A stretch of DNA of 62,675 nucleotides, counting the filler, from Sphacelaria rigidula (Eukaryota): NCBI GenBank assembly GCA_964200075.2. It is 8 parts of 8 records of this genome, joined end to end, with 100 filler letters (N's around TTAATTAATTAA, not from the genome) between each part and the next. Parts side by side here need not be neighbours in the genome. Positions count along the whole stretch, not along the records: positions 31,392 to 39,137 come from CAXNAA020013587.1; positions 39,238 to 46,983 come from CAXNAA020013588.1; positions 47,084 to 54,829 come from CAXNAA020013589.1; 5 more parts are not named here. One strand, written 5' to 3'. Positions 35,018-48,564 of this stretch are shown one piece after another. How positions within the stretch are numbered: position 1 is the stretch's first letter; each line of letters starts with the position of its first letter. The translations under genes were made by a program, and so were the position numbers. The notes under the pieces were generated by a model. That model made no database searches. It was not told the origin of the DNA and was given only the letters and a program-made list of their open reading frames with translations.

Positions 35018-38000
35018 CCGGTATGGAGCGGGGAGACATTTAGCCTCATAATATATAGGATGTTTTCTTCAATGTCCTTGTTTTTCAGGTCGTTGCCTAT
35101 GATCGGACGACTAAGCAAAAGGTCGGTTAGTGACGGTCTTCCTGAAACAGCGCTTTTCTAAACCGTTTCGTTCGACGCTGAAAACAAATGGCGCGTACGC
35201 CCGCCCACCGTAATATTTGAAATGGTTTACTTGGCGTGCGAAACGGCGGCCGCTGTACTGTCCGTTGTCTGTATTTCGGTACTTTACTGCCTCATCTGCA
35301 CTGCTGCACTGCACGCACCCTGCAGTATGCTGCTGCCGTTGTGCTGCATGCACGTACTGAACAACTGTGTGCTACACCGGTGGGTACTGGATGTATAGTT
35401 AAACAGCGGCACTGGCTGCAATGTCACGTTGCTGCATCGAACACTGTGCTGTCTGTACTCGACGTGTGCAGCTGTATCCTCATGCATGTTTTTTATCTGC
35501 ACAACTGGCCACACCATGCTTGATGGAGGCGTTTTTGTGATCCCCTGAAACCACGAACTTCGATTTCTCCAACAACAGGTCGTTTTTCTCAACAAGATGG
35601 AGGCGAAAAGAAAATATCAAGGGGAATCCCTGTTCGGAGACGTTCTCTCTCTCTCTCTGTGAAAGATCCGGAAGGAAGGGTCGAGCGAGATCTTTTGAAT
35701 AATCGGAAACACGTTTTCCAGATATTCATTTTCGGATCAGAAGAAGCGGGTTCGGAAGCGGTTATTCAATAACTCGTGTATGCGCGTGTTATGCCCTTGC
35801 ATCTGACCACGGGCTTCAGCAAATAATATTCAAGTATCAAGTGAAAAGGAAACCAAGTGCGCGAAGAGAACCCTTGACGTGCAGGGGGAAGTGGCTGGTC
35901 AAGTGGCGGAGTCTCTGATTTGTACCTGGATAAACACCATAACCTTTGCCCACTTTCGCGGAAAGTAATTTGTTTTTGTTTCTAGGATTTCCGGCTCAGT
36001 GCCGTGATCTTGAAATACTGTAGGACACGGTATTATTTGGTGATGGAAGAAGAGTCTGTTGTGTTCGGTGTGGTGTGGTGAGTCAGGCAACGTCGGTAAT
36101 TTGCAAATGATGTTCGCTGTTTTCAGTGTTGGTTGGTGTCGTGTGTTTCCCTTCCTTGGTACATCAATGCTATGGTAAGTGCATCGTTTCCAACTTCTCG
36201 TTTTTTCCTTCCGTGCTGCACTTGGGAATGCGCACACATGACGGCTGTCGGGATGAGAATTCACCTTCTTCCGTTCCACGCCTACATGGTTACAGTACTG
36301 TAGTTAATATTTGAGATGGGACAATTTCGTCGTTTTTTCGTGGTCAGAGGTTTTGGAAAATGTTTTTGCGTGCAATCGCTCATCCCAGTGAACGTTTGAA
36401 CCCAAAATTTGGGGATTAGAGGATACCAAGAATCGCCTCCGCATTCGAAAACAACATCACAATTGCGCTCATCCTTGAACGCCTCACGGGCTGACCGTTT
36501 TCTGGGGGTAGTGAAATTACCCAGCCCGAGGTTTTGACCCTGGAGCATTTTTGCTCGGATGAAGCACTTTCAATCGGTTTCAATAACAAAAATAATATAG
36601 TTGCTTCCTTGAATTATTCAACCTGATCATTGCTCTAGAGCCGAAAAACTGTTTTTTGGACCAGTGACAGTCGATGACATTCCTTGATGAACAAGAAACT
36701 TGTTGCATATCTCCCCGAAAACACCAATTAAGGATTTTGTTTTGAGCACGACCTGCTTCTTTGTCCATTACCTATCGCGACGCCGGGGTTGAAAGCGTCA
36801 AGAACGGATTTTAGACGAGAAAACTCAAAAAAATACCCCAAATCGAAAATTGCCCCACCGAGCTCTGAATAGCTCAGGTGGGGGTGAAACAAATCCCATC
36901 ACTTTCATAAAAATGATTTTACGGACTCTTATTTCTCTTTCTCACCTGTTCATTGCGCTGGAGACTAAAATGAATGTGTTTTGGATCAAATCCCCCGTCG
37001 ACTTAGTTCGGAAGTCGTTAAATGTAGCACAGAGACGAGTTTTGTTTCGGATTGTGGAACGGACGCCTAGTAGTATCTCCCGACAATCAAACGGTGGGAT
37101 CAACTGCTGGCTGGGATCAGCGGTAGCACGCAAAAAAAAACATCGAAAATCGTCCACTACGAAAACATTACAAATTTCCCATTTCGAACGAAAACCAATA
37201 TACATACGGTACAGTACAGTACCGTTGCGCGGTGGGAATGTCGATAACGGCGGTTTTCCGCTGTAGATTACCGAGATGTTTGATTCCATGGGAACCGCAA
37301 ACACTTTACACCCCAGATGTGTCTGTAAATTTCCACTAGATGCCTAAAGTTGATATCGAAGACCGCAAATTCCAGGTCTCGATAATGCATGTTGGTATGT
37401 GCTACACCTGGGAGTACTGTAGCCGCAGTATATGTTTACATCATCGAGGTGGAGTGGGTTCATGACATATGCACGACACGAGGTTGCTCCCCGATCATGT
37501 TTCATCATGTGTGGCGATGGATATATCCACGTGTAGCTGGACATACATATTATGAAGAATAAACGAGCCGTTGTTGCGACAAGTGAGGCCGAACACGAGC
37601 TATGCGAGAGGTATTAGTGGCATGATATATAATTTTGTACACCGCGGGCCGTCGACAAAGTGTAGGGACCAACACATGTCGAGTCGAAGATGCTTCAGGA
37701 GGCGCATAATGGAGGTGTGATGCACCTAGTAATACATCCTCAAACCCGTTTGCAGATCTGGCGAGGAAAAACCTTTGAATCGCCATCATTGGATTTCGAC
37801 TGAGGCCCTGTCTTAGCACATGGGTTTCCGATCGAAAAAGTGCGGTGGAAAACAAAAATATTGATTTTGATAGGTCGTAATTTCAACCATCGTTTATATT
37901 CAAGATGGTGAAAATCATGACCCATCAGATCAGCATTTTTGTTTTCCATCGCACATTTTTTTTCGATCGAAGAAACAAGTGGCAAGACACGTCTTGAGGA

Positions 38001-39237
38001 GTTTACCCCCTGGAATGTAAACGACTGCTGCATAACCCACGACAACGTTTAACCTGTCTGCAGATCCGGCAACAAAAATGTTTCGCCGCAGCTTGCTCAC
38101 AAGTAAGTAGTCGGAACACGTACGATGCTCCAAGTTTGCTCCAGTTTGATTAGAAGTGATGGGGTGAAATGCTGCCTTCGGAAATCCGATGCAGCTAACT
38201 GCTCCACGTATTTAGCGAGTGCCACGGAGTACTTGCTTAGCCTTGGAAATATTCCTTTTCGTCGAGGCTAGTATAGTCACCGTGCTCGTCCTGTGAATAT
38301 TTGATTCTTGTCGACGGCGAGGGTGAAGAATGGAAAAAAAAGGTATGCTTCGGGAAGCACCCAGGGTGTCTAAAGTGCTGAAAAAACACGAAACAACGGA
38401 GAACGACCAGCGTCTTCCCTCCCACGGTGATTCGATCAGAAAACGCCGGAAGCGAGTAAAATAAGGAAATCATACAGAAGTCGAGCACGGGTTTCACCGA
38501 AACCAGTGTCAAAAATCAAAATTTCATGTTTGGTTTGATCTCTACAGACGACAGTCAGCAATGGAGTAATAAACAAAAACGACTGTGCAAGGAGGTGTCA
38601 TTTCACGTGAGCGTGCGGAACTGTCAAAAAGAGGGGCGCCTGAACAAGCGTGCCTCTGTCACTGTACCACGGATAAGGCGGCGGGCAAAAATCTACTGGT
38701 GGCATCAGCAGCTCTTTCTGTTCGAACTTGAAACGTCCTTGTATTGTTTACCAGCTAGGCTGGGATTCGATTCACAATGGGGAACAGGGCGGAGAGTGGT
38801 TCAAGGTTTGTCGTACAGCCGATGACCCCCAAGCTCACAAAACGCGGAAGACACCAAGGACGCCAAAGCTTGTAGCTGTGGGTCGTGCGTATGCTGTACT
38901 CCTCTTGGAAAATCTCCAGGCTGTGTATGCCTCACGTGCTACGGGGCAACAGCCACAGGTTGGTTCTCTGCCAACACCAACAACATATGGAACGGGAAGC
39001 AACCTCGCATTCCCATTGACAGGTCGACCGGGAGGGGCAATGGAAGACGTGAGCGGGGCTGTTGTATAAGCTGTGGCTGTCTCGGGAAGTGGCGATACCA
39101 AAAAATAAAGCAACTCATTGTAGGCTGTCATCCAAACNNNNNNNNNNNNNNNNNNNNNNNNNNNNNNNNNNNNNNNNNNNNTTAATTAATTAANNNNNNN
39201 NNNNNNNNNNNNNNNNNNNNNNNNNNNNNNNNNNNNN

Positions 39238-39517
39238 TCCTCTTCCTCGGGATGAGTCCGTGGTCTCAAGGGATCAACCCATCTCTCCATCGGTACGTGC
39301 CTTGCATTTTGATCTCGCGGATTGGATCAGCACACCCGCACATCGTCAACTCACGTCACACAAACCCAATCGACTACTTTTGTTTACTCACGTTCTCACG
39401 CTTTCCACGGTGGAAATAATACATTACGAAGAAAAAACCCAACGCATCGGGAATCGAAACCCCCGTTCTCTCCACCCTAATGGCGATAGTCGGACCATTA
39501 CACCACCGGGGCGCGGC
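39238..39517 (-). mobile_element. Family B SINE
   Basis: Reverse complement aligns with 22021-22318 over its whole length. Confidence 0.85.
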
Positions 39518-41275
39518 GGTTTCACTGCGGCGAAGAACGTGGGGAAATGACATCTTAGAGCCAAGAAAGGGGCGGAAGGGTTCGACCAGACGTAGCGACG
39601 CGAAGACGAACGCAAGGGAGACCTTGTCGACAAAGGAAAAGTTGCTGCACCGAGAGTCGCGTATAGGAAACACGCCACCACTGACACATCAACAGCAGCA
39701 GCACGCGAAGAATCCGGGATGGTAGTCTTCTACATAGTTTCCCGCGTTGTACCCGACTAGGCATGGGTGGCGGAGGCTAGGTTAACACGGAAACTGATCG
39801 AGTCCTGTCTTGTCTTATCGGCTGTCCACTTTTTCCTTCGCCTGTCTTCTTACGGTGTTCACTTGCCGTGCTTCTGTACATACTCTACTGTGTCCTTGGG
39901 TTATGCCACTTGTGCAGTTTCCTTTTCTCCGTTCTCTCTCTCGTGCGCCATTTCATCCCGCACATTGATATGCAAGTAGCGGTTTGGTACCTTGCTTCCG
40001 CAGAACACATGGGTCAGAGCTCATACCCAAATAGTATGGCCGACATAGCAGAGGCGTAATCTGCCATGGCCAACTGATTTCTCTTCACCCTCTTCACCTG
40101 AAGCTGTGCTGCACGGGCCGGCCATTCGTAGCTAGCTCTATTTTGTTTTCCGGTATTTTCTGTGTTATATACATGTAAATTTACTTCTTAGTCTCTCCTC
40201 CATGTCTGTTCTTTCCCTCTTCTGCGTATTTTGAGTTTGTTTTGTTATGTTTGTCCTTGTTTTCCCGTTAACTCCGTTCGTTTTTTCGCCGTTTTTTCCC
40301 TTTTCCTTCTTTTTTCTTTTCCGTTAGCGAGCGTTTTCGTGTACCGTGGGTTCGTCCGTCTTGCGGAGAATAACCACGACTGGGTCCCTCGGGGATCAGC
40401 AAATTTGGGACGAATCAAATCAATACACCAAACTCAAAACTCTTACCATGTCCATCGGAGTTGTAGCCAGGCTCCAAGACGAGTTGAATACCTGCCACCG
40501 ACGGAAAATAAGGGACGAACACAAGTTAGGAAATCACCGCGATACCGCATGGCTCTGCCTTCATCGCCATGATTCGACTTGCTGCATGCTCAATTGCGAA
40601 TGGGTGCTCGAGAATCGACACCTATCAGCACCCTGCTCCAACGCGTACGTATTTTCCCGACAATATTCACCACAAGCAGTATAATGTTGTGTCATGCAAT
40701 CACAATTCGGCACCACAGCAATCTTGTTCATCGTGGATTCTTTGTGTGCGTCTGGCTTCTCCTCAGCATTTGTGTGTTCCCCGTGTTTGTTGCACGGATA
40801 TCACTATCGGGCGGGATATGACGAACCCTTCATCTTCGGTGGAGAGTCCGGCTTTTTCAGACGTTGTTGATTTAGCTTCAGCGTTTTTTGTTTTCAAGTT
40901 GATTCTGCTATGTTTTGCGGTCAAATTTTCCATTCGTTTGATACGTGCACCTCAGTATATGGGGTTGTAACTGATATTTCGTAGATTTCAGCCGATTGAA
41001 ATTCGAAGTTTGACAAGGGATTTCACCAATAATTGGGGATGGAGTTTATATTGAGGATGAAAACTCGGAGAATTCAAATCTTCGTCTTCACACCAAATCT
41101 TCGAAATGAAGTCCCAATCCTTCACCTACTGGTAGTCGTTGTCGACTAGTACGCACCATACATATTCGGATCCTGCTAACCGACATGTTGGGGTCCTAGG
41201 TGAAGAAACAATGTTGGGCAGTTTAGATGATCCGATCAGATCGCCGAAATCGAAATTTGTATGGCGTGCAGTAGT

Positions 41276-42289
41276 CAGGCTTTGATTTTGATACGCGCAT
41301 ATAATTTCGCATAAAACGGGCTTTTGCGCATGACCTTATGCGTTTTTTGAAAAACATATGTCTATGGGATTTCAGGATAAGAAAGACACAAGCGTATAAG
41401 TTGGCGCATATGGTACTCCAACGGGATCATGCACCCCCACCCCATTCCAAGCAGCTAGTACCTCCCCACGGGTGCTCCATGTGGCGCGGCTCGTCGATTC
41501 GTGGCGGGTGTGTTCGTAGTTTAGTTTTTAGACTTTTATTGCGGGTCTGATATCGGTTATTATTGTGCTGTATATAAACTACTTCATATTTATCTGAACC
41601 TGATGGAAAAATAAACCTGTCATATTTCACATCAGAGGTAAGTTTTTGCTTTCCCCCCCCATGTTTTTTCATGCTGGAAGCTACCTTTCACGAGGGGTGC
41701 CGCCAGGAACCGCCCCAACAAGGATGCGAAAATGGCGCATAAGTCGCGCATATTTCACCAAAATACGCACTGATCGGCGCATAATTTTTAGGGATATACA
41801 CGTTCACACGTGACACATTTGGAAAAACCGGGAGAAACGTAACTTTGGGCCATTTAACGCTACACAAGGTTTGCTTTTTTGGACGGGAAAAATGTAGCGT
41901 ATCGTCTTGTAACGTGTGGACCTTGAAGCAGTGTCTTTTGGGATTGGTCAGAAAGGCTGTTTTCGTGAATTTGTACCGTGACACGTGACGTGACACGTCA
42001 CAAATTCACGAAAACAGGCAAAGATTTCGTCAAATTTGGAAAGTAAAACGCTATGTTAGGGTTTATACGAAGGACCACACGTAGCATCACGTCACGTTTC
42101 ATTTGTCCGATTGAAAAAATCAAACCTAACGTAGCGTGAAATAACTCGAAGTTGCGTTTTTTCGAAAATGTCACGTAAAAGCGCCACATGTAGCGTGTAT
42201 ACCCCTTATAATTTTCACCTTTGAGCATACAAATAAAACATGAAACGCATAAAAAAATGTAAAAAGCAACATCAAAAGCAAAAGCCATG
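41276..42289. mobile_element. Nested MITE (middle layer)
   Basis: TIRs CAGGCTTTGATTTTGAT / ATCAAAAGCAAAAGCCATG, with AGTAGT on both flanks. Confidence 0.55.
41791..42205. mobile_element. Harbinger-like MITE (inner layer)
   Basis: TTA|GGGATATACACG ... CGTGTATACCCC|TTA, with a central palindrome TTTTCGTGAATTTGT...ACAAATTCACGAAAA. Confidence 0.65.
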
Positions 42290-42683
42290 TAGTAGTGTCA
42301 ATAGCTATCAGCAAGTGAAGAAATGGAACCATATTTCGAAGATTTGGTGTGGATGTGAGGATTTTAATTCTCCGGGTTTTTCATCCTCAAAATAATCCAT
42401 CCCCAATTTTTGAAATCCCGTGTTTTTTAGAGGAAATGCCTGGAGTACTCCGTGTTTCTAATCCTATTTACACTCCCACTCCTCGTCAATCCCATTGTCA
42501 CTCACGATCATTTTTTGGCGCTCAAACGTGTGAGATACCTCTCAATAGTGACAGAAATGTGGGTAGTTCTCGATGTGATGCGCCTCCGTGGTACATGCAA
42601 TGTAGAAACGACGGTTACACGAAATATCATGTATATTTTGTGAGTAAATAAAGCACATAATTCAGCTCAGCTTGACCTCAGGC

Positions 42684-43459
42684 TCACAGGTTGTGCATGG
42701 CCAACGCATACATCACATTCCAGGCTCTTTGTCGCTTTTCTCCAAGCCCAGGCGCCCATGGCGTCCAGGAGGTCCTCGTGGTGAGTAAACCGAGGATTTC
42801 GCTGTCAAAGCAAACACTGCTTTCGCGAAACATGAACATCGGTAAAGGGTTGGAGCCATGGGTAGAGGATCGCCCATAAACAATGGTTCTGTTCCTTCTT
42901 CCAATGACTTCTACTTTTCTGACCCACTGCCACGGACCTCCGACCGCCACGAACGGCTTCCTGAACCTTGATGCCGCAGGGACTCCTTCCCTGACCAAGT
43001 AGTCATGAACAACAATTGCAGATATGATCCCCCGCCCCCAAATATTCTATGTGGCGATTGAGCAACTGCGATATCTGGTGTGTCAATGTGATCTAGCTTG
43101 TGCTGCATCTTCTACTTCGTATATCACCTGCGATGGAATAGGGAAATGCGATGCTCCTCCGTTCGTGTTGGCGAAAATGGGTGCGTGCGGGGTGGGTGCT
43201 GGGTGCTTGTTGCTGGTGGTGCTGTCGAGCGCCGTAGCTCCCGCCGTAGTTGGGCACTGGGCCCATGGCAGCAGGAGTCGGCATAGGCCCAGTTGGCGGT
43301 GGGCCTGTGCTCATGGCAGTAGGAGGGGGCTTCGGCATCGTTAGCGGTGGGCCTGTGCCCATTGCAGGAGGCGTCGGCGTGGGCATCCCCATCGTGGTGG
43401 CGACGGGTGCACCACTTCCGCCGGTATCGTGATGGCTGGGGTAGCAGCAGCAGAAGCAG

Positions 43460-43502
<43 letters not shown>

Positions 43503-44240
43503 TTCCATCAAAGGAGCTCCACCAGCCATTGAGGCGGACGATGGCTGCAGGTAAGCACCTGTCCCCGGGGCTTCCGACGCCGCTGCCGCGACTGCGGTGG
43601 GAGCTACCCACACCGATGCTTGGTGCTGTGATGGCGTAACAGTAGGGTCTTTTTCATACCCAGCAGAAGAGACTGAGGGCGCAGAGGTCTGTGTTTGCGA
43701 AGCCGACAAGGGTTCGGCCACAGTATGGTCGCGAGCGGGGAAGGGAAACAGGTGGTGGTGATCAATGGGATTATGTGTCGAACCGTGATAATGCTTTGCT
43801 CTCTTTAAGCTTCAATTTCTCCAGGGACAAAATGAGAGTATACACTGACATTTGTACTTGAGCCACCCTCACCTGGCCACGGTTTCCACCCTGACCATCA
43901 GCAGCAGGAGCAGGAGTAACAGCAGCAGCAGGAGCAGCAGCAGCAGCAGCAGCAGCAGCATCATCAACAGCAGCAGCAGCACCCCCATTCCCCCCCGCCC
44001 ACCACCACCACCACCACCACCACCATGGCCATCGTCGTGGTGAGTAAACCAACGAGGGGGGCGGACATCTGTGGTATTATGTGAGGGCAGCACCAACGGT
44101 CGTCTACCGATTCCTCTAGTAACATGTGTATCGTTTCCTCTCTTCGTGGTGGAGCATGATTATCCTGCTCATCAGTCATCTCAGTTGTATCGGCCCCGAC
44201 ACTATCACGAGGAAAGCAATGGGCCCCACAAACAATGTGA
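42684..44240 (-). pseudogene. Low-complexity, frameshifted coding-like region of unknown origin with (CAG)n and (CCA)n tracts
   Basis: Overlapping Pro/Ala/Met-rich ORF pieces (43341-43721, 43093-43430, 42684-42998); no recognisable domain. Confidence 0.3.
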
Positions 44241-46983
44241 AGGGCACGATCAAGCCCCATATTGTCGGTAGCCCGGGGCCCGGTCCCGCCGCTCTCAAAG
44301 CAAAATAACAAATGATAAAAGCATGCAGTCAGCTTCCGATGATGGCGTCGGAGTTGCTGCCAACAGGTGCCTGCTCCGGTTGCTGCACGCCAGTACGTAG
44401 GGCGCGATCGAGCCCCATATTGCCGATAATGCGGGGTCCAATCCCGCCGCGTTCCGAGTAAACTAATAAATAAAAACATGCAGTAGCTTCCGATGATGGC
44501 GTCGGAGTTGCTGCCGACGGGTGTCTGGAGCTGCTGCTGCACGCCAGTACGTACGGCAAGATTGAGCCCCATGTTGCGATAACGCGGGGTCCGGTCCCGC
44601 CGCGCTCAAAGTAAACTAACGAATAAAAAAATATGCAGTCACCGTCCGATGATGGCGTCGGAGTTGCTGCCAACAGGTGTCTGGTCCGGTTGCTGCACGC
44701 CAGTACGTAGGCCATGATTAAACCCTATGTTGCGATAACGCGGGGCCCGGTCGCGCCGCGTTTGAAGTGAACTAACAAATGAAAACATGCAGTCACCGTC
44801 CGATGATGGCGTCGGAGTTGCGGCCAACAGGTGTCTGATCCGGTTGCTGCACGCCAGTACATAGGGCACGATCGATCCCCATGTTGCCGGTAACGTGGGG
44901 TCCGGTCCCGCCGCGCTCGGGGTAAACTTACAAATGAAAACATGCAGTCACCCTCCGTTGACGGCGTCGGAGTTGCTGCCAACAGGTGTCTGATCCGGTT
45001 GCTGCACGCCAGTACGTGGGGCACGATCGAGCCCCATGTTGCTGATAACGCGGCGCCCGGTCGAGCCGCGCTCGATATGAAGAAACAAATGAAAACATGT
45101 AGTCTGCTTCCGATGATGGCGTCGGAGTTGCTGCCAACAGGTGTCTGGTCCGGTTACTGCACGCGAGTACATAGGGCACGATCGGGCCCCATGTTGCCGG
45201 TAACGCGGCGCCTGGTCCCGCCGCGCTCGAAATGAAAAAAGAGTGAAAGCATGCAGTCACCGTCCGATGACGGCGTCGGAGTTGCTGCCAACAGGTGTCT
45301 GGTCCGGTTACTGCACGCGAGAACGTAGGGCACGATCGATCGCCATGTTGCCGGTAACGCGCGGCCCGGTCCCGCCGCGTTCAGAGTAAACTAGCAAATA
45401 CAAACACGCAGTCACAGTGCGATGATGGCGTCGGAGTTGCTGCGAACAGGTGTCTGGTTCGGTTGCTGCACGCCAGTACGTAGGGCACGATCGAGCCCCA
45501 TGTCATGGGCAACGCCACGTCCTGTGCCGCCGCATTCCGAGCAGAAGAAATTACGGAAACATGCAGGCACCATCCGATGACGGCGTCGGAGTTGCTACAA
45601 ACAGGTTTCTGGTCCGGTGGCTGCACGCGAGAACGTAGGGCGCGATCGGGCCCCATGTCGTCGGCAACGCGGCGTCCGGTCCCGTCGCGTTCCGAGTAAA
45701 CTAACAAATGAAAACATGCAGGCACCGTCCGATGATGTCGTCGGAGTTGCTGCCAACAGGTGTTTGGTCCGGGTGCTGCACGCGAGTACAAGGGCACGAT
45801 CGATCCCCATGTTGCGATAGCGCGGGTTCCGGTCCCGCCGCGTTTCGAGAAAAACTAACGAATAAACATTTGCCGTCACCGTCCTATCACGGCCTTAGAG
45901 TTTCTGCCAACGGTGCCTGGTCCGGATGCTGCACGCCAGTACGTCGGGCACGATTGAGCCCCATGTTGCCGGTGACCTGAGGCCCCGTCCGGCTGCGCTC
46001 GAAATGAAGAAACAAATGAAAGAATGCAGTCACCCTCCGATGACGGCGTCGGAGTTGCTGCGAACAAGTGTCTGGCCCGGGTGCTGCACGCGAGTACGTA
46101 AGGCACGACCGAGCCCCATGTCATCGGCGACGCGGGGTCCTATCCCGCCGCGTTCCGAGTAAACTAACAAATGAAAACATGCAGTAGTTTTCCGATGACG
46201 GCGTCGGAGTTGCTGCCAACAGGTGTCTGGTCCGGTTGCTGCACGCCAGTACGTAGGGCACGATTGGGCGCCATGTTCCAAGTGACGCGGCGCCCGGAGC
46301 CGCCGCGTTCGGTATGAAGAAAAAAATGAAAGCATGCGGTCACCGTGCGATGACGGCGTCGGAGTTGCTGCCAAGAGGTGTCTGGTCCTGGTACTGCACG
46401 CGAGTACGTAGGGCACGATCGATCGCCATGTTGCCGGTAACGCGGCGCTCAGTCCCGCCGCGCGCGAAGTAAACTCACAAATGAAAACATGCAGACACCG
46501 TCCGATGATGTCGTCGGAGTTGCTGCCAACAGGTGTCTGTTTTGGATGCTGCACGCCAGTACGAAGGGCACGATTGGGCGCCATGTTGCAAGTGACGCGG
46601 CGCCCGGAGCCGCGGCACTTGAAATGAAGAAACGAAGAGAAGCATGCGGTCACCCTGCGATGACGGCGTCGGAGTTGCTGCCAACAGGTTTCTGCTCCGG
46701 TGGCTGCACGCGAGAACGTAGGGTACGATCCAGCCCCATGTCATTGGCAACGCGGCGTCCGGTCGCGTCGCGTTCCGATTCAACTCACGAATGGAAGAAT
46801 GCAGTTACCGTCCGATGACGGCGTCGCCGTTGCTGCCAACAGGTGTCTGGCCCGGTTACTGCACGCGAGTACGTAAGGCACGACCGAGCCCCATGTCATC
46901 GGCGACGCGGGGTCCTATCCCGCCGCGTTCCGAGTAAACTAACAAATGAAAACATGCAGTAGTTTTCCGATGACGGCGTCGGA
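44240..46983. repeat. 155-bp satellite array, ~18 monomers, running off the contig end
   Basis: ATGCAGTCACCGTCCGATGA(T/C)GGCGTCGGAGTTGCTGCCAACAGGTGTCTGGTCCGG recurs at ~44323, 44478, 44633, 44788 ... 46954. Confidence 0.97.
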
Positions 46984-47083
46984 NNNNNNNNNNNNNNNNN
47001 NNNNNNNNNNNNNNNNNNNNNNNNNNNTTAATTAATTAANNNNNNNNNNNNNNNNNNNNNNNNNNNNNNNNNNNNNNNNNNNN

Positions 47084-47150
47084 TCCGTCTCGGCTTTGCA
47101 GGGATTCGAGGAAAATGGTCTCATGACCATGGCATGCATGATCATGAGTA
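47084..47150 (+). mobile_element. LINE 3'-end fragment
   Basis: AATGGTCTCATGACCATGGCATGCATGATCATGAGTA|CACCCCC, same terminus as 3050-3144. Confidence 0.75.
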
Positions 47151-47582
47151 CACCCCCTTTTGAGCTCGCTCTGTATATCTCTTCTCTTCTTTCCTTTTTG
47201 TTATTCTCCACCTTCTCTCGAATTTACTCCAGCGAAGTACTTTCGTGTGTTCACCTTGGGTTACGTACAACGATCTAATCTTGAACGCTGTGGCTGACTG
47301 ACTGGCTGGCTTACCGTCTGACTCACCATGGCGGGAATCGGATCCATCGCAAAGGGTTAGGCCAGCGATGTACGGCAATCAATCCATCCGACCATTTATC
47401 AACCACCCGTCTCAACGAAACGTCTACATAAGAAATCACCCAAGATAAATCTGGTTAAGCCATCAGCATTTACAGCTGTACTTGCATTTCTCCCAAGTTC
47501 ACGTCTTCGCGCTGTATGTATACCCGTTGTGTGGAAATTGCAATTTCGGGCAACAGCTTCAACACAAACCATGGTTGATCAC

Positions 47583-47725
47583 CTGTGCATGAGAGTCAGG
47601 TGGGTCTCGTCGCCATTCTTGTGCCGGAATCCAGCTAGCCGCAGTACCTCAACCATGGGCGGGTGAGCCGACAGGACTTCCGTGTACACCTTACTTGACG
47701 TTGACAGGCTGCGGTATTTGGGGTC
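47583..47725 (-). CDS. Thioredoxin-PUB protein, exon D (PUB domain core)
   Basis: GCAG|...|GTGATC; DPKYRSLSTSSKVYTEVLSAHPPMVEVLRLAGFRHKNGDETHLTLMH fits the PUB/PUG signature P-x-x-x-KYR ... L-x-x-x-GF. Confidence 0.85.
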
Positions 47726-47898
47726 CTGCGCCGCAAAGTTTGGTACGACGGAGGGGGGTGGGGGGGGTGGGGGGGTACAATGCAGAACCCGGATTCATGA
47801 TCATACAGCACGATCTTTTGCGAGTTCCGTGTTGCGTTCAATACTCTAGCTTCCTCGGGACGAGTCCCTCGTTTCAAGGGGGAAAAAACGTCAGCCGT

Positions 47899-48170
47899 CG
47901 CGCCCCGCCGGCCTAGTTTGTATGACTGAATCCATCACATCGGAAGGTGCGGATTCGATTCTCGGCGCATGCACTCCGGTTTTTCTCCAAGCACGGTATA
48001 TCTTTGCCGTCGTTAAGGACGTAAGAACATGAGCAGCCAAAATGTTCGAAAATATTTGGCGTTATCCGGCGCGGTGCGGGGGTGCTGATCTCTCTCCGCG
48101 ACGCCAAAACGTCAGGCATGTAAGGGTAGGAAGGGGGAGATGGGTCGATCCCTTGAGACCACGGACTCAT
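47899..48170 (+). mobile_element. Family B-related SINE in an intron
   Basis: B-box-like GATTCGATTC with a different head; 3' part GGTGCGGG.GTGCTGA...GATCCCTTGAGACCACGGACTC is shared with family B. Confidence 0.7.
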
Positions 48171-48426
48171 GGGATTTTTTCTGCATAACCTCCCAGAGCT
48201 TGTATTTTTCTCTTCCAAGTCTCTGGAGGCAGTCCTGTTTATTTCTATTATTTCCAGCACAAAAAGAGTAATTCCGACGATGAGCAAACGATACAGCTGG
48301 AAAAAAAAAGGGCGACTCAACTATAAGAGTATGACAGCGTAACCCAGTATCTCGCTTGGAGTACGACAACGGCAGCGGCTAGTATCCAACACCATCACCA
48401 CCACAGTTACCACAACATGAACCGAC

Positions 48427-48564
48427 CTCCGGGAACTTGTAGGCGGACATGAGCACGCTGATGGCAGTGCGTGCCGCTTTCTTGGCCTTAGCCACAGCAG
48501 CCTTGTCCGCGAAAATCTGGCCATCCTCCATCGGTGGCAGCATCTCGCTCAAAGCCTTGTCAAC
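48427..48564 (-). CDS. Thioredoxin-PUB protein, exon C
   Basis: TTGTAG|...|GTCGGT; 138 bp, phase 0; VDKALSEMLPPMEDGQIFADKAAVAKAKKAARTAISVLMSAYKFPE joins in frame to DPKYR. Confidence 0.85.

Larger units (their letters stand above)
41014..42422. mobile_element. hAT-like MITE with ~90-bp TIRs, containing nested MITEs
   Basis: CAAGGGATTTCA...GAGGATGAAAA...CACACCAAATCTTCGAAAT has its reverse complement at 42333-42422. A related fragment lies at 15550-15596. Confidence 0.75.

Noticed and set aside
44240..46983. CRISPR array or repeat-protein CDS
   Set aside because: Whole monomers are homologous with no unique spacers and no cas genes. 155 is not a multiple of 3, so the ORFs shift frame every unit.
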